Below, piece by piece: positions 9,705-20,681 of a stretch of 64,000 bases of DNA. The stretch is from Bdellovibrionales bacterium (lineage in GTDB: Bacteria; Bdellovibrionota; Bdellovibrionia; Bdellovibrionales; JAGQZY01). Made by a program: the position numbers and the translations under genes. The stretch is taken from positions 64,001-128,000 of the forward strand of contig CAXRHT010000002.1 of the NCBI GenBank assembly GCA_964230645.1, written 5' to 3'. The stretch's first letter is position 1. Each line of letters starts with the position of its first letter. The notes under the pieces were generated by a model. It searched no databases. It saw nothing but the letters and a program-made list of their open reading frames with translations, and was not told where the DNA came from.

Positions 9705-10847
9705 ATGGAAAAGGTCCTCAATCAAGTTCATAGCCAGTCTAAATCACGTGAGTTGGTGGCTCGAATTTTTTCCGCAGTTGTACTTCTATATTTCTTTTTA
9801 ATTGGAGTTAAGGCTCTCTCTACAGGATTGCAAATGATGGGAGACGATTTCGCTCGGTCCCTCTTTGATGTTACTTCAAATCCCATCTCCGCTTTAATGG
9901 CTGGAATGCTGGCTACAGTTTTATTTCAAAGCTCGTCTGTGACAACTTCGATTATTGTAGGTTTAGTAGCTGCGGGCACTCTCAGTGTGGGTGGGGCTGT
10001 TCCTATGGTTATGGGAGCCAACCTTGGAACGTCTGTGACAAACACTCTTGTCTCTTTGGGTTATGTGCGAAACAAAGCTCACTTTAAAAGAGCTTTTGCC
10101 GCTGCTACAGTTCATGATTTCTTCAATATTTTATCGGTCGCTATTCTCCTACCTTTAGAAATTGCCTTTGGAACGATCGAAAAAATGTCAACGGCACTGG
10201 CTTCCATTTTATATGGGACGGGAGCGGGCGGTAGTTTTTCTAGTCCCATTAAAGCGGCCATTAAGCCGGCCGTTCATGCCTTGGAGTCGCTCTCTTTGAG
10301 TTTTTTCGCTGAGAAAGCTGCTGCCGTTTTTATGCTTATCGTGGCAGGAGTTATTATTGTTTCTGCTTTAACCTTAATTGTTAAAGTGATGGGTAAAATT
10401 GTGGCTCAACAAGAAGGACATTTACTCGATAAGGTTTTTTCGAAGAACGCCTATGCGGCCATGGTCTTTGGTGTGATCGCGACGATCTGTGCTCAAAGTA
10501 GCTCGATCACCACAGCCCTTCTTGTGCCCCTAGCTGGAAGTGGTCTTCTAACCGTAAACTCAGTCTATCCCGTTACCGTTGGAGCTAACATAGGGACAAC
10601 AGCCACGGCTCTACTAGCTGCTATGACTGGGAATATGGCAGGACTTGCGATCGCCCTTGTCCACTTAATTTTTAATCTCATTGGAACTCTGATGTTCTTC
10701 GTCGTTCCTTTTACAAGAGCCCTTCCGATAGCTCTGGCAGAAAAACTAGCGAACTCCATAGAGAAAACTAAGTTTATAGGCCTTGGCTATGTGGCTTCTG
10801 TTTTCTTCATTCTACCGATCTCCATGATCTACCTCATGAAACTTTAA
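9705..10847 (+). CDS. nptA: sodium-dependent phosphate cotransporter (SLC34/NptA family)
   Basis: Two QSSS repeats (FQSSSVTTS, AQSSSITT), GANLGT/GANIGT, FAAATVHDFFN. Confidence 0.92.
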   Translation: MEKVLNQVHSQSKSRELVARIFSAVVLLYFFLIGVKALSTGLQMMGDDFARSLFDVTSNPISALMAGMLATVLFQSSSVTTSIIVGLVAAGTLSVGGAVPMVMGANLGTSVTNTLVSLGYVRNKAHFKRAFAAATVHDFFNILSVAILLPLEIAFGTIEKMSTALASILYGTGAGGSFSSPIKAAIKPAVHALESLSLSFFAEKAAAVFMLIVAGVIIVSALTLIVKVMGKIVAQQEGHLLDKVFSKNAYAAMVFGVIATICAQSSSITTALLVPLAGSGLLTVNSVYPVTVGANIGTTATALLAAMTGNMAGLAIALVHLIFNLIGTLMFFVVPFTRALPIALAEKLANSIEKTKFIGLGYVASVFFILPISMIYLMKL

Positions 10848-11144
10848 AGCGAAGTAAAAGGCCTTGTTCTATATTGTCGTCTTAAGCATAGCGAAGGAAA
10901 AGTTTCATATCGTTCTCCCGAGCGTAGCGAAGTAAGAGTCCTTGTTCCACATTGTCGTCCTGAGGCGAAGCCGAAGGACCTGATTGCGTGGACTCTGTTT
11001 GATAGTTTAAGGTCAGTGGCGATAGATTCTTCGCTTCGCTCAGAATGACAGTGTAGGATTCTTCCCTCAGAATGACAGTGTAAGGCTCTTCGCTCAGAAT
11101 GACAGTGTAAGACTCTTCCCTCAGAATGACAGTGTAAGATTCTT
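10848..11144. repeat. REP/REPIN-like locus 2 with 27-bp tandem tail
   Basis: REP 10954-10981, 42-bp spacer, inverted REP 11024-11049; 27-bp units x3 (11050-11130); degenerate 78-bp-period duplication at left (10848 vs 10926). Confidence 0.9.
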
Positions 11145-11385
11145 GAATAAAAGTTTGCTTAAGAAACAATCAATAAATTCCGCCCCAAGTGATTTAAAAA
11201 AGTATTTAGTTTTAGATATTTATAAGTCTTCCTTCAGAGTCCTAACCAAATACCAATAAAACTTAAACCAATTCAAAACTCCCAACAATCCAATCTTGAT
11301 TTTACTCTATGGGTGTCTGTGATTAAAAAGACCTCGAACCCAATAACAAATCACTTCACAAGATTGTGAAGCTTGAGGAGGAATA

Positions 11386-12810
11386 ATGTTAAAGAAGATC
11401 GCATTAATCACTTTAATGGTTCTTGGTCAGGCGGGACTCGCTGAAGCTTGTCCATCGGGACTGAGAGCATTTAATAAAGAGCTTGGTGGTAAGAAGACCT
11501 GTGTTCTTGAGGGAACCTACGTAGGAACTTTGGAGCTTACTAGTGGATTCAACTACATCATGTATGGTGCAGTGTGGATCGGAAGCGAAGAGCGAGATAA
11601 CACAACAACTGACTTATTAAAGCCTATTGAAGCTGGAAAGCTTGTGGTTAACCCAGGTGTTACTATTTACGCCTTGAACCCAGTGGACGATCAAACAGGC
11701 GTTTGGTCTGGATTTGCTGATGAAAACGGAGAGCTCATCTCTGACAAAGCTAACAAAGACATTAAAACTTTCCTATCTGTGACTCGTGACTCTCAGATTG
11801 AGGTCAAAGGGACTCAAAGTGCTCCCGTATTAATGACTTCTGCTCAAGGGGCTCACCAAGCTAAACCTAGTTTTCCTAAACAACCCGGAGACTGGGGTGG
11901 ACTTGTTATCAACGGAAAAGGGAAATCTAACAAATGTAGAACATTTGCTGATTGCACCATTCCTGGTGAAGCCGGAACCGGTTGGTACGGCGGGAATGAT
12001 AACGATCATAACGCTGGTATCCTCCAGTACCTCCAAGTTGAGTACGGTGGAGACCGCATCGATGATGAAAAAGAGCTTAATGGTGTGACTTTCAACGCCG
12101 TAGGCCTTGGAACTGTTATCGACAATGTGGCTGTTCTTTATAACAGTGACGACTGTATTGAGTTCTTCGGTGGAACAGCGACTGGTAAAAATATCTTTTG
12201 CTATAAAGGCGAGGACGATGGAGTCGACACGACTGATGGTGCCCGAATCTTTTTACAAAATGGTGTTGTTGTCGCACTTCCTTTTGAAGGGGCTGCCGAA
12301 GATAACGACCGTCATATGCTAGAGGCCGATTCCTCTAAGTCTGAAGACAATAACAAAAAGCTTCGCTCTCACCCCGTTCTTGTAAACTTCACTTTCGTAG
12401 GTGGAAAGAACACCCAAGGAATGAAGCTTCGTCGTGGGACTGATTACACTCTTAAAAACTCCATCATGTTTAATGTCGACACTTTTTGTCTAAACCCTGA
12501 TGGTTCTAACGAGCTTATTTTTGCTAGCAACGTTTTTGCTGGATGTGATTCAAGTGACCCTGTTCAACAGTTTACTGGAATCATGGCCATGTCTGTTGGT
12601 GAGATGGGAGTGAACGCTGGGAAAGCTTGGTTGATTGAAGAAAACTCTCCTCTAATGAGTGGAGCTGAAATGATCGACATTTTCTTCCCTGGTGATGATG
12701 AAGAAAGTCTGTTGATTGATGAAGCCTTCTACGATGTTTACGACCCTGTAGACTACCGTGGAGCTATTGGTCAAAACGACTGGACAAGCTGGATTCAAAC
12801 TAGAGATTAA
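11386..12810 (+). CDS. secreted acidic parallel beta-helix protein of the family found beside TonB-dependent receptors
   Basis: Signal peptide ending AEA; motifs PGDWGGLVING, YGG..D..NAGILQYLQVEYGG, ELNGVTF..VG.GT, NSDDCIEFFGGT, DDGVD; C-terminal YRGAIG..DW..W; strong RBS GAGGAGG. Confidence 0.8.
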   Translation: MLKKIALITLMVLGQAGLAEACPSGLRAFNKELGGKKTCVLEGTYVGTLELTSGFNYIMYGAVWIGSEERDNTTTDLLKPIEAGKLVVNPGVTIYALNPVDDQTGVWSGFADENGELISDKANKDIKTFLSVTRDSQIEVKGTQSAPVLMTSAQGAHQAKPSFPKQPGDWGGLVINGKGKSNKCRTFADCTIPGEAGTGWYGGNDNDHNAGILQYLQVEYGGDRIDDEKELNGVTFNAVGLGTVIDNVAVLYNSDDCIEFFGGTATGKNIFCYKGEDDGVDTTDGARIFLQNGVVVALPFEGAAEDNDRHMLEADSSKSEDNNKKLRSHPVLVNFTFVGGKNTQGMKLRRGTDYTLKNSIMFNVDTFCLNPDGSNELIFASNVFAGCDSSDPVQQFTGIMAMSVGEMGVNAGKAWLIEENSPLMSGAEMIDIFFPGDDEESLLIDEAFYDVYDPVDYRGAIGQNDWTSWIQTRD

Positions 12811-12841
12811 TATCAAAGGTTTGATTCAAAACTAAAAAAAA

Positions 12842-12880
12842 TCGGTCGGGAAAGTCTTTAAAAAGGCTTTTCCGATTCGA
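12842..12880 (+). terminator. stem-loop between the beta-helix gene and the motor genes (partial terminator or mRNA stabiliser)
   Basis: TCGGTCGGGAAAGTCTTT-AA-AAAGGCTTTTCCGATTCGA imperfect inverted repeat without a strong U-tract. Confidence 0.5.
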
Positions 12881-12898
12881 CGTTGAAATGAGGAATTT

Positions 12899-13633
12899 AT
12901 GTTTTTTAATTTTATTAGCACCTTAATTTTTTGTAACACTTTGTTCGCCTCACCAACAACTCAAGAGCTATCGGCAAAAGTCATCGAGCTTCGAAAAGAG
13001 GTCGAGTTACTCAATGACGAGTACAAAACGGAGCGGGAAAAAGTTTTAAGTGAAATTAAGGCACTGAGCGTACAAAAAGCAGAATTAGCCTCAAATATTC
13101 GTAACGAAGAAATTCGCAAAAAGCAGTTTAACGATAAGATTGCACAGTTAAGAAAAGAGATTGAAACTTCCTCAGTGGAGTCCGATGATTTGGATCCTGT
13201 GGTTCAGAAAGCTTTAACAGAGCTTGAGAATTGGATTTCAAAATCTCTCCCTTTTAAAAGGCAGGAGCGTCTTGATTCGGTTGCCACCCTAAGAAAACGA
13301 TTAGAAAAAAATGAAATAACCCCGATGAAAGCGGCCAATCAGATTTGGGCCTTGATTGAGGATGAGAAGCGCCTTGCACGAGAAACAAGTCTTCATAAGC
13401 AAACGATTCCTCTTAATGGTGAAATGCATCTAAGTGAAGTCGTAAAAGTGGGAATGATGTTTCTTTATTTTAAAACTGACCAGGGAAAAATCGGAATGGC
13501 GGTCAAAGAAAATGAAGAATGGATCTATAAGACTTTTGAAAGCGAAAGTAAGCAAAGCAAAACAGTGGCTTTTTTCGAGTCTTTAAAAAAGCAGATTCGC
13601 CAAGGTTCTTTTGAAATCCCAACGGAAATATGA
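12899..13633 (+). CDS. DUF3450-family protein (TtpB-like TonB2 accessory)
   Basis: Signal peptide, coiled coil, SLPF..QERL motif, KVGMMFLYFKT; first gene of the TonB2-type cluster. Confidence 0.8.
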   Translation: MFFNFISTLIFCNTLFASPTTQELSAKVIELRKEVELLNDEYKTEREKVLSEIKALSVQKAELASNIRNEEIRKKQFNDKIAQLRKEIETSSVESDDLDPVVQKALTELENWISKSLPFKRQERLDSVATLRKRLEKNEITPMKAANQIWALIEDEKRLARETSLHKQTIPLNGEMHLSEVVKVGMMFLYFKTDQGKIGMAVKENEEWIYKTFESESKQSKTVAFFESLKKQIRQGSFEIPTEI

Positions 13634-13641
13634 GGTTTAAA

Positions 13642-14973
13642 ATGAAATTAATTCGTAACATAATACTTCTATGTTTAGTCAGTGGATCTCTTTTCGCTGA
13701 GGATAAAAAGAAAGTTCCGAAAGTGGACGAACTCACCGAGGCTTATCAGAGGGAAATTCTTTTTCTTTCCAGTTACAAAAAAGAGCTGGTTGAGAAAAAG
13801 GAGGCCATGCAAGCTAGTCTTGGTAGAAAAGTCAAAGAGGCCACTGCAGAGCTTGATCAAATGGAAACCAAATGGCTCAAAATGCAGGCTTCTAACGAAA
13901 TCCTTATGCAAAGATTAGGGGATATAGAAAGAGACTTTGAAAATAGAGAAGAAAATAGAGAACTTCTTCAAACCACTCTTAAGCAGGCGGAACTTTCTGA
14001 AGGCGAGAAAAAAGTAGAGGAGCTGGGGCTTCTCGAAAATTTAAAGCTCACCTTTGACCAGGCTCTCGTAAGTCTTAATAACTCCACTGAGGTCACAAGC
14101 CAGCCTGGGAAGTTTTACGATAAGTCAGGACAAGAGCAAGAAGGACAGATCATAGCACTTGGCAGTGTGGCTAAGTTTGCCGACAAAAATGGTAAAGTGG
14201 CCTCCCTTTATCCAAGTGGCGGAGGACATTTCCGGGTTTGGTCTTGGTTGGATGCAAGCTCCGGCGCTCTAAAAAATGGGAAAATCCCTGAGACACTATC
14301 ATTTTTCCTTTATGAAAACCCAGATAAAGAATTCACCGCTCAAAAAGAGAAGACCTGGATGGATACGATGAAGGCCGGAGGCCTGATCGGTTGGGTCATT
14401 CTTGTCATGGGTGTTTTTGCTCTAATTATTTCAGGGGTTCGAATGGCTCTACTTAATAAGGCAGAGCCCAAGAAAACCCAAAATCTCGAAGAAGCACTCA
14501 GTCGTGTGCGTGAGAACGATCTTGATGGGGCTCAACATATTCTTTTGAGCGAAAACAATGCTGTGGGAAGAGTGTTATCAAAAACTCTCAGTTTTCTAAG
14601 ATCCGAGCCTCAAAAAGTCGAGGACGCCATTATGGAGGCGATCCTGAAGGAATCGAAAATCATTGATCGCTTTGGTGTGGTGATTTTAGTGATCGCTTCG
14701 GTCGCACCCTTAATGGGACTTTTAGGAACGGTTACCGGGATGATCTCAACATTCGATATTATCACTCTTTACGGAACGGGAAATCCGAAACTTCTTTCTG
14801 GTGGAATCTCAGAGGCTTTGGTGACAACCATGTTCGGTTTGATTGTTGCAATTCCAGCTCTTCTAATTGGTCAATTCTTGAGTGCGAAAACAGAGGGGAT
14901 CAAATCAGATATGGAAAAGTGGGCCCTTGCCACTTGCAATGCCTTTAAAAATCGAGGGGATAAAGTGTCATGA
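13642..14973 (+). CDS. ttpC: TtpC-like MotA/TolQ/ExbB proton-channel protein with periplasmic N-terminal extension
   Basis: Signal peptide, coiled coil, then [25 protein letters not shown] and [13 protein letters not shown]. Confidence 0.85.
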   Translation: MKLIRNIILLCLVSGSLFAEDKKKVPKVDELTEAYQREILFLSSYKKELVEKKEAMQASLGRKVKEATAELDQMETKWLKMQASNEILMQRLGDIERDFENREENRELLQTTLKQAELSEGEKKVEELGLLENLKLTFDQALVSLNNSTEVTSQPGKFYDKSGQEQEGQIIALGSVAKFADKNGKVASLYPSGGGHFRVWSWLDASSGALKNGKIPETLSFFLYENPDKEFTAQKEKTWMDTMKAGGLIGWVILVMGVFALIISGVRMALLNKAEPKKTQNLEEALSRVRENDLDGAQHILLSENNAVGRVLSKTLSFLRSEPQKVEDAIMEAILKESKIIDRFGVVILVIASVAPLMGLLGTVTGMISTFDIITLYGTGNPKLLSGGISEALVTTMFGLIVAIPALLIGQFLSAKTEGIKSDMEKWALATCNAFKNRGDKVS

Positions 14974-15551
14974 TTCTAAGTTCTTTGTTTGAGGTTTTAC
15001 ATAAAGGCGGGTCTGTGGCCTGGATTCTAGCGGTTCTCTCGGGAGTGCTTTGGTACGCTCTGGGGTATCGCTATCTTTTTCTAAAATCCAAATACGAGGG
15101 ACTTAGTCCTGAGAATGTCATGAATAGAAAACAAATTGATCAGTCAGACCTAATGGGTGCCAGTCTCCAAAAAATCCGCGAGATTTTTATGAGTTCGATG
15201 ACTGATAAAGAAAGTGCATTGCAAGTAGAACTCAAAAAGTTTCAGCAATTCACCTGTAAGCATCGGCAAACGGTGAGAGCCATTGTCGTCGTGGCGCCTT
15301 TATTGGGACTTTTAGGAACGGTGATTGGAATGATTGAAACTTTCGAGTCATTGCAAGATTCCGCTCTTTTTTCTCAGAGTGGTGGGATCGCTGGAGGAAT
15401 TTCCCAGGCCCTTATTACCACTCAAATGGGTCTTGTGGTGGCCATTCCTGGCCTTCTGCTGGGTAAAAAATTGGACCGTAAAGAAGAGTCATTGAATGGA
15501 TTTATTGGAGAAGCTGTGAGTTATGAAAGCCTGAATGCGAGGAAGCTATGA
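14970..15551 (+). CDS. exbB: ExbB/TolQ-family protein
   Basis: [14 protein letters not shown] and [13 protein letters not shown] motifs. Confidence 0.88.
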   Translation: MILSSLFEVLHKGGSVAWILAVLSGVLWYALGYRYLFLKSKYEGLSPENVMNRKQIDQSDLMGASLQKIREIFMSSMTDKESALQVELKKFQQFTCKHRQTVRAIVVVAPLLGLLGTVIGMIETFESLQDSALFSQSGGIAGGISQALITTQMGLVVAIPGLLLGKKLDRKEESLNGFIGEAVSYESLNARKL

Positions 15552-15958
15552 AGTTTATTCAGCGAAAGACAACAAGCCAAGAAGGGGTGGATGTTTCTCC
15601 TCTTATCGATATGGTTTTTATTCTTCTGATCTTTTTTATGGTCTCAACAACCTTTATTAAAGATATGCAAATTGAGCTTAACCGTCCAGGGGCCTCGAGC
15701 AGTAAGCCTGCGAGCACTAAATCTTTAAGAGTCTTTATTGATAACTCGGAAAAGATTTATGTGGATGGACAACAAGTCAGGCCCTGGGTTCTGCAAAGTA
15801 AGATTCGAGAAATGATTTCTAAACAAAAATCCAAATCCATTCTTGTGGTCACAGACCGCAAGGTTTCTGCTGACAAGCTTGTCGACGTGGTCGATCAATG
15901 CCGACTGGCAGGGGTGAAGGATATTGGAGTGGCAACGGAGGCTGAAATTGGGTCCTAA
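15548..15958 (+). CDS. exbD: ExbD/TolR-family protein
   Basis: [22 protein letters not shown] motif. Confidence 0.92.
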   Translation: MKFIQRKTTSQEGVDVSPLIDMVFILLIFFMVSTTFIKDMQIELNRPGASSSKPASTKSLRVFIDNSEKIYVDGQQVRPWVLQSKIREMISKQKSKSILVVTDRKVSADKLVDVVDQCRLAGVKDIGVATEAEIGS

Positions 15959-16574
15959 TCAAAAGCAAGTTAGAACAAAAGCTTTACTCATCGCCTTTTT
16001 TGGTTTTTTTCTTGTAATAGGTCTTCTAAAAGTCATGAATCAGACCTTAGAAAAGGACAAGCAAAAGATCTCCAATCAAGTTCAGTTTGAAACGAAAAAG
16101 GTCAAAAAGAAGAAGCAGCAAAAAATTAAGAAAAAAGAAGTGGCTAAAAAACAAAAAAGCCAAGTGAAGTCTTTAAAACCGAAAATGGATTTAGCTTTTG
16201 CTTCCTCAGGTCTTGATCTTGGAATAGATATTCTTGGGCTTTCAGCGGGAGATTCAAGACTGTTGAGCCAACAAGGCCAATCGGTAATGACAGAAGATGT
16301 TGTCGATCGTTTACCCGAAGTTCAATACCGCGAGCCAGTGCCTTATCCAGAGTCGGCTAAAGAAAAGAATATCACAGGACACGTCACACTCAATATTTTG
16401 ATCAATGAAGATGGTGAGGTGGATCAGGTGAAACTCCTTGATAGCATGCCTGAAGGCATTTTTGATCAGGCGGCCGTGAGTTCTGTCAAAGCTTGGAGTT
16501 TTAGTCCTGCGGAATATAAGGGACGATTTGTGAGTGTTTGGGTGAAGCAAAAGCTTCAGTTTAAGGTGAATTGA
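15948..16574 (+). CDS. tonB: energy transducer TonB
   Basis: N-terminal TM, Lys-rich linker, TonB_C domain (YPESAK..ITGHVTL..FDQAAV..WSFSPA); TTG start after GGAGG. Confidence 0.88.
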   Translation: MGPNQKQVRTKALLIAFFGFFLVIGLLKVMNQTLEKDKQKISNQVQFETKKVKKKKQQKIKKKEVAKKQKSQVKSLKPKMDLAFASSGLDLGIDILGLSAGDSRLLSQQGQSVMTEDVVDRLPEVQYREPVPYPESAKEKNITGHVTLNILINEDGEVDQVKLLDSMPEGIFDQAAVSSVKAWSFSPAEYKGRFVSVWVKQKLQFKVN

Positions 16575-17713
16575 TGAAAAGAACTTTTCTTTTGCTTTTA
16601 TTGTTTATTTCTCCCGGTCTTTTAGCACAAGAGGCTGAGGTCGACTATCTGGCATTAGCCAGTCTCCTAGTAAAAGATGGACATTACATCAGGGCCCAGA
16701 AAACCCTAGAGAAGATAAATAAACCAGAAGAGGATAAGAGAGCTTTTTACGAAAGCTTATGGGGTATTATTGAGCTGCAAAAAAAGCAGTACACCAAGGC
16801 CCTTAATCATTTTGATTTAAGTCAACAGCTGGGGATTGAGAGTTCAGAAGAAGTTTCTTTGTATCAAGCAGAAGCAGCCCTGGGTCTTGAGAACTTTCAA
16901 CAGAGCCAAAATTACCTTTCCAGCATTAAGAACAAGGAATTTAAAAAGTTACCCTTTTATTTAATCTCCGCTGAAATTGCCTGGAAGTCGGGAGATAAGA
17001 AAAAAGCCTGGCGGGTTCTTGGAAAAGCTCTTGATCGTAAGTTTTCTAAGCAGGTCATTCAAAAAAAGAAGTTTTACTTTCTCCTTGAAGAAGGGCTTTA
17101 TCAGACGGCAAGCCATGTGGCCCAAAAAATGTTGTCTGACAAAAACAGTTTCAATGATGTTTTGGCTATGGCGAGCCAACTTCGTCAAAGAGGCCAATTT
17201 GATCTCAGCCTTAATCTTTTGCAAACTCTTAAGGTCTTGAGACCCAAACGAGAAATGGTAGCGCTTGAAATGGCTCAAAATTATCTGGCAAAAAAAGAAT
17301 CTTTTTCAGCGGCTTTGATTCTTGAGGAGTCAGCTCGTTTGAATCCGAGTCTAAGCTATGAGGCGGCTGAGCTTTTAAGACAGTTGGGTAAGAGTTACCG
17401 AGCCGAGTTTCTTAATATGTCCACCAGTGATCCTGAGAAAAGGCTTAAGCAAAAGCTTTCACTTTTTCTTGAAGATGATGACTATCATTCTCTTAAATTT
17501 CTTATTCCAGAGCTTAAAAAACATGATCTTCTCGACGATCAAGATATCCGTTATGCAGTGGCGTATTCTTTGTTTCGTACAGGAGACTTTTCAAAATCAG
17601 AGACTCTTTTAAATACCATCGACAAAGAAGGACTCTTCGAGAAATCCATCGAGCTGAAAAAAGAAATTGGAAACTGCAAAGAATCGAAGTGGGCCTGTCG
17701 TGAAACTATTTAG
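16574..17713 (+). CDS. exported TPR protein (TtpD-like)
   Basis: Signal peptide and helical TPR-like repeats; directly after tonB as in TonB2 clusters. Confidence 0.75.
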   Translation: MKRTFLLLLLFISPGLLAQEAEVDYLALASLLVKDGHYIRAQKTLEKINKPEEDKRAFYESLWGIIELQKKQYTKALNHFDLSQQLGIESSEEVSLYQAEAALGLENFQQSQNYLSSIKNKEFKKLPFYLISAEIAWKSGDKKKAWRVLGKALDRKFSKQVIQKKKFYFLLEEGLYQTASHVAQKMLSDKNSFNDVLAMASQLRQRGQFDLSLNLLQTLKVLRPKREMVALEMAQNYLAKKESFSAALILEESARLNPSLSYEAAELLRQLGKSYRAEFLNMSTSDPEKRLKQKLSLFLEDDDYHSLKFLIPELKKHDLLDDQDIRYAVAYSLFRTGDFSKSETLLNTIDKEGLFEKSIELKKEIGNCKESKWACRETI

Positions 17714-20681
17714 TGTTTTGTCTCTGCTATTTTTAAGTTTAACTGCCTTGGCTGAGCCAGGAGCTGTGGATGTCCTTGTCTCAAAGGACGGCCTTCCTGC
17801 CACGGGTTATGAGCTTCTCATTGATAATAAAAAGTATAAAACCGATGAGTTTGGTTATGTGGCCACAGCCCTTGAGCCAGGGTCCTATCAAATGAACATT
17901 AAGGATGGGGAAAGTTATCAGTCGGTTAATTTTAATGTGGTCGAGGACGAAAGAACTCAAGTTCTGGTTAATTTATTACAGGGTCAGGTTATTAGTGATC
18001 TCAATGAACCAGAAGTGAAGAAAAAAACAAAGGAAGTGAATCCAAAAGATTGGGGTGAGGTTAAAGTTCAAATCACCTCTGTCAATGGAGAGGCTGTATC
18101 CGGGGCTCGCATTTATGCTCGTGGAACTCAAGTGGAGGCAAAAACCAATCGTGCCGGCGTGGCTGTTTTTAAACTACCAAAAGGTGAGCAAGTCCTCTCA
18201 GTGACTCACCCTCGTTATTCCACCCAAATTGTTCGCAACGTGGGTGTGGTTAAAGATCAAGTCACTGAAAGAAAAGTCGAGGTCACTCCGTCGGGAATGG
18301 TGCTCGAGGATTTTGTGGTGCTTGCTCCAAACCTCAAAGGGTCCATTCAGGCTCTCATTGAAGTCAGAAGAAAAGCCTCGGATCTTTCTGATGTGATGAG
18401 TGCTGAGCAAATGGCCAAATCAGGGGATAGTGATGCAGCGGCCTCCTTGAAGCGAGTGACCGGTCTCACTCTTAAAGATGGAAAATATGTTTATGTGCGT
18501 GGATTAGGTGAAAGATATTCGTCCACTCTATTAAATGGTATTAATCTTCCAAGTCCTGATCCAAGCCGTCGGGTCGTGCCCCTTGATTTGTTTCCGGTAC
18601 AGTTTTTAGACAGCATGATCATTCAGAAAAGCTACTCTCCTAATCAACCAGGAGAATTCGGTGGAGGTGTGGTTCAGCTTAAGACCAAATCCATGCCTGA
18701 AAAACAGTTTTTCAAATTTAATATTTCTCAAACCCAAAACCTCAACCAAGGAAATTTACAAACCTATTCTGGGGGCAGTACGGATTGGCTCGGGGTGGAT
18801 GATGGCAGTCGTTCTCTTTCAGAGGCCGCTCGCGATAATCCCCAAGAGATCCTTAACAATAATAGACATCGCTTAAGTGATACTGAAAATAATAGTTTAC
18901 CGGACTTTGCCTTTAGTGGCGGAGACGTTTGGAAAAGTAAGAATTTGGATGTGGGCTTTGTACTCTCAGGACTTTATAAAAATAATGTCTCTTTTGTTTC
19001 AGAAGAGAGAAAGCGCTACAATCAATCTTCAGGGCCCTTAGTGGCCGAGCAGATCTACACCCGCGACAAGACCGAGTTTGAAACCACTGTCGGAGGTCTT
19101 GGGGGAGCCACATTTGAGGTTTTTGATGATCACCAGGTTAAAGTCGATCATATCAATCTTCGCAACACCACGGACTATGTCGCTATCCTGCAAGGGAACG
19201 CCGACGCTCAGAGTGAGAACGGACGCACCATTAGAGAACAGCAGACCGAGTGGGCAGCTAGAACTTTGCAGACGACAATTTTTTCTACAGAACATAAATT
19301 TAAAAGTCTGAGCAATTTAAAGCTCGACTCTTTTTATTCGTTGGCTGATGCCAGAAGAAGTGAGCCTTACCGTGTGAACGCCACATACTCCCCAAACCCA
19401 GAAGGAGAGTTTGCCTTTTCACCCAACACTGACAACAGCTACATTCGTCGCTATTACGACCTGCAAGAAGAGGCTACCCAAGTAGGAGCCTCTGCGGCTA
19501 TCGATTTCCCTTATTTTTATAGCCGCAAGGGGAATCTCGAAGTCGGCTTTTCTGAAATAACAAAAGATCGTGACTCAGGGATGAACCGCTACACAGTGAA
19601 TGATCCAGGTGACACATGTGGGGCCGATTTGACTCAAAATTTGGACTCTATTTTTAATGAATGTCGCAATGAACTCAACGTCAGTCGTATTACCAATGGC
19701 TCTGATACTTACTACGCCACTCAGAGTATCAGTGCCTATTATTTCAAAACCAATTGGCCACTTTTAAAAAATGTGGAACTCACCTCTGGGATGAGATTTG
19801 AAAGGTCCATTCAAAATGTGGACACTTTGGATCAGCAATCCGCTCAACCCATCGCTACAAAATTAACCACCGAGGATTGGCTGCCTGGTAATGCACTGAC
19901 TTGGCGCTTTCTTGATAAGAAAATGCAGGTGCGTTTAGCCTACAGTGAAACCATATCAAGACCCGATTTAAGGGAGCTTTCGGATACACGTTGGCAGGAT
20001 TTTGAAACGGGCTTTGAAATCAACGGGAACCCGAATCTAAAAGCCACCGTAATCAACTCTTATGATGCCCGGTGGGAATGGTACTATGGGCGCAACGAAA
20101 ACGTTTCCTTTGGACTGTTCTACAAAGAATTCGATAACCCCATTGAAATCAATTTCACAGCTGGGTCGGATTCGAGCATTCGTTATTTCAATGTGGATGG
20201 TGCGACAAGCTATGGAGCCGAGTTTGAAATATCCAAAAATTTAGGTTTCATAGGATCTTTTTTTAAACCCTTCACTTTTATCGCCAACTACACCCGCATT
20301 GTTTCCAATGTCGAATTAGGAGACTTAACCAATTCCGAGAGTTTAGAAACCAATCGCCCCATGCAAGGGCAGTCGGATTATACTGCCAATGCTCTTCTTG
20401 ATTATGAAAGCGAAGTTCTCGGAACCAACGCCAGTCTTGCCTATAATGTTTACGGGGAGAGAAGAGTTTATCCGGGACGAGAAGGATTACCCAATATTTG
20501 GGAATTACCATTTCATCAATTGAATTTTGTTCTTCGCCAAAAGATGGGTAAAAAATGGAGTCTGCAGTTTAAAGCCAAGAATCTGCTCGATCAAAGGGTG
20601 CAGTTTGTCCAAGGAGACCGAATTTGGCAGGCCTACCGACCTGGTATCAGTGTCAATCTTGGAGTGGGGATTAGTATATGA
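17700..20681 (+). CDS. TonB-dependent receptor with two N-terminal carboxypeptidase-regulatory-like domains
   Basis: Plug motifs [34 protein letters not shown]; barrel motifs [23 protein letters not shown] start at 17700 gives a signal peptide. Confidence 0.92.
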   Translation: MKLFSVLSLLFLSLTALAEPGAVDVLVSKDGLPATGYELLIDNKKYKTDEFGYVATALEPGSYQMNIKDGESYQSVNFNVVEDERTQVLVNLLQGQVISDLNEPEVKKKTKEVNPKDWGEVKVQITSVNGEAVSGARIYARGTQVEAKTNRAGVAVFKLPKGEQVLSVTHPRYSTQIVRNVGVVKDQVTERKVEVTPSGMVLEDFVVLAPNLKGSIQALIEVRRKASDLSDVMSAEQMAKSGDSDAAASLKRVTGLTLKDGKYVYVRGLGERYSSTLLNGINLPSPDPSRRVVPLDLFPVQFLDSMIIQKSYSPNQPGEFGGGVVQLKTKSMPEKQFFKFNISQTQNLNQGNLQTYSGGSTDWLGVDDGSRSLSEAARDNPQEILNNNRHRLSDTENNSLPDFAFSGGDVWKSKNLDVGFVLSGLYKNNVSFVSEERKRYNQSSGPLVAEQIYTRDKTEFETTVGGLGGATFEVFDDHQVKVDHINLRNTTDYVAILQGNADAQSENGRTIREQQTEWAARTLQTTIFSTEHKFKSLSNLKLDSFYSLADARRSEPYRVNATYSPNPEGEFAFSPNTDNSYIRRYYDLQEEATQVGASAAIDFPYFYSRKGNLEVGFSEITKDRDSGMNRYTVNDPGDTCGADLTQNLDSIFNECRNELNVSRITNGSDTYYATQSISAYYFKTNWPLLKNVELTSGMRFERSIQNVDTLDQQSAQPIATKLTTEDWLPGNALTWRFLDKKMQVRLAYSETISRPDLRELSDTRWQDFETGFEINGNPNLKATVINSYDARWEWYYGRNENVSFGLFYKEFDNPIEINFTAGSDSSIRYFNVDGATSYGAEFEISKNLGFIGSFFKPFTFIANYTRIVSNVELGDLTNSESLETNRPMQGQSDYTANALLDYESEVLGTNASLAYNVYGERRVYPGREGLPNIWELPFHQLNFVLRQKMGKKWSLQFKAKNLLDQRVQFVQGDRIWQAYRPGISVNLGVGISI

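Noticed and set aside
11024..11144. 27-bp tandem units (and the 26-bp units at 26332) as a CRISPR array
   Set aside because: Units are contiguous with no unique spacers, derive from REP ends, and no cas genes are present.
10882..11169. 95-aa ORF with YTVILREES repeats
   Set aside because: It is a translation of the REP and its tandem echoes, with no RBS support.
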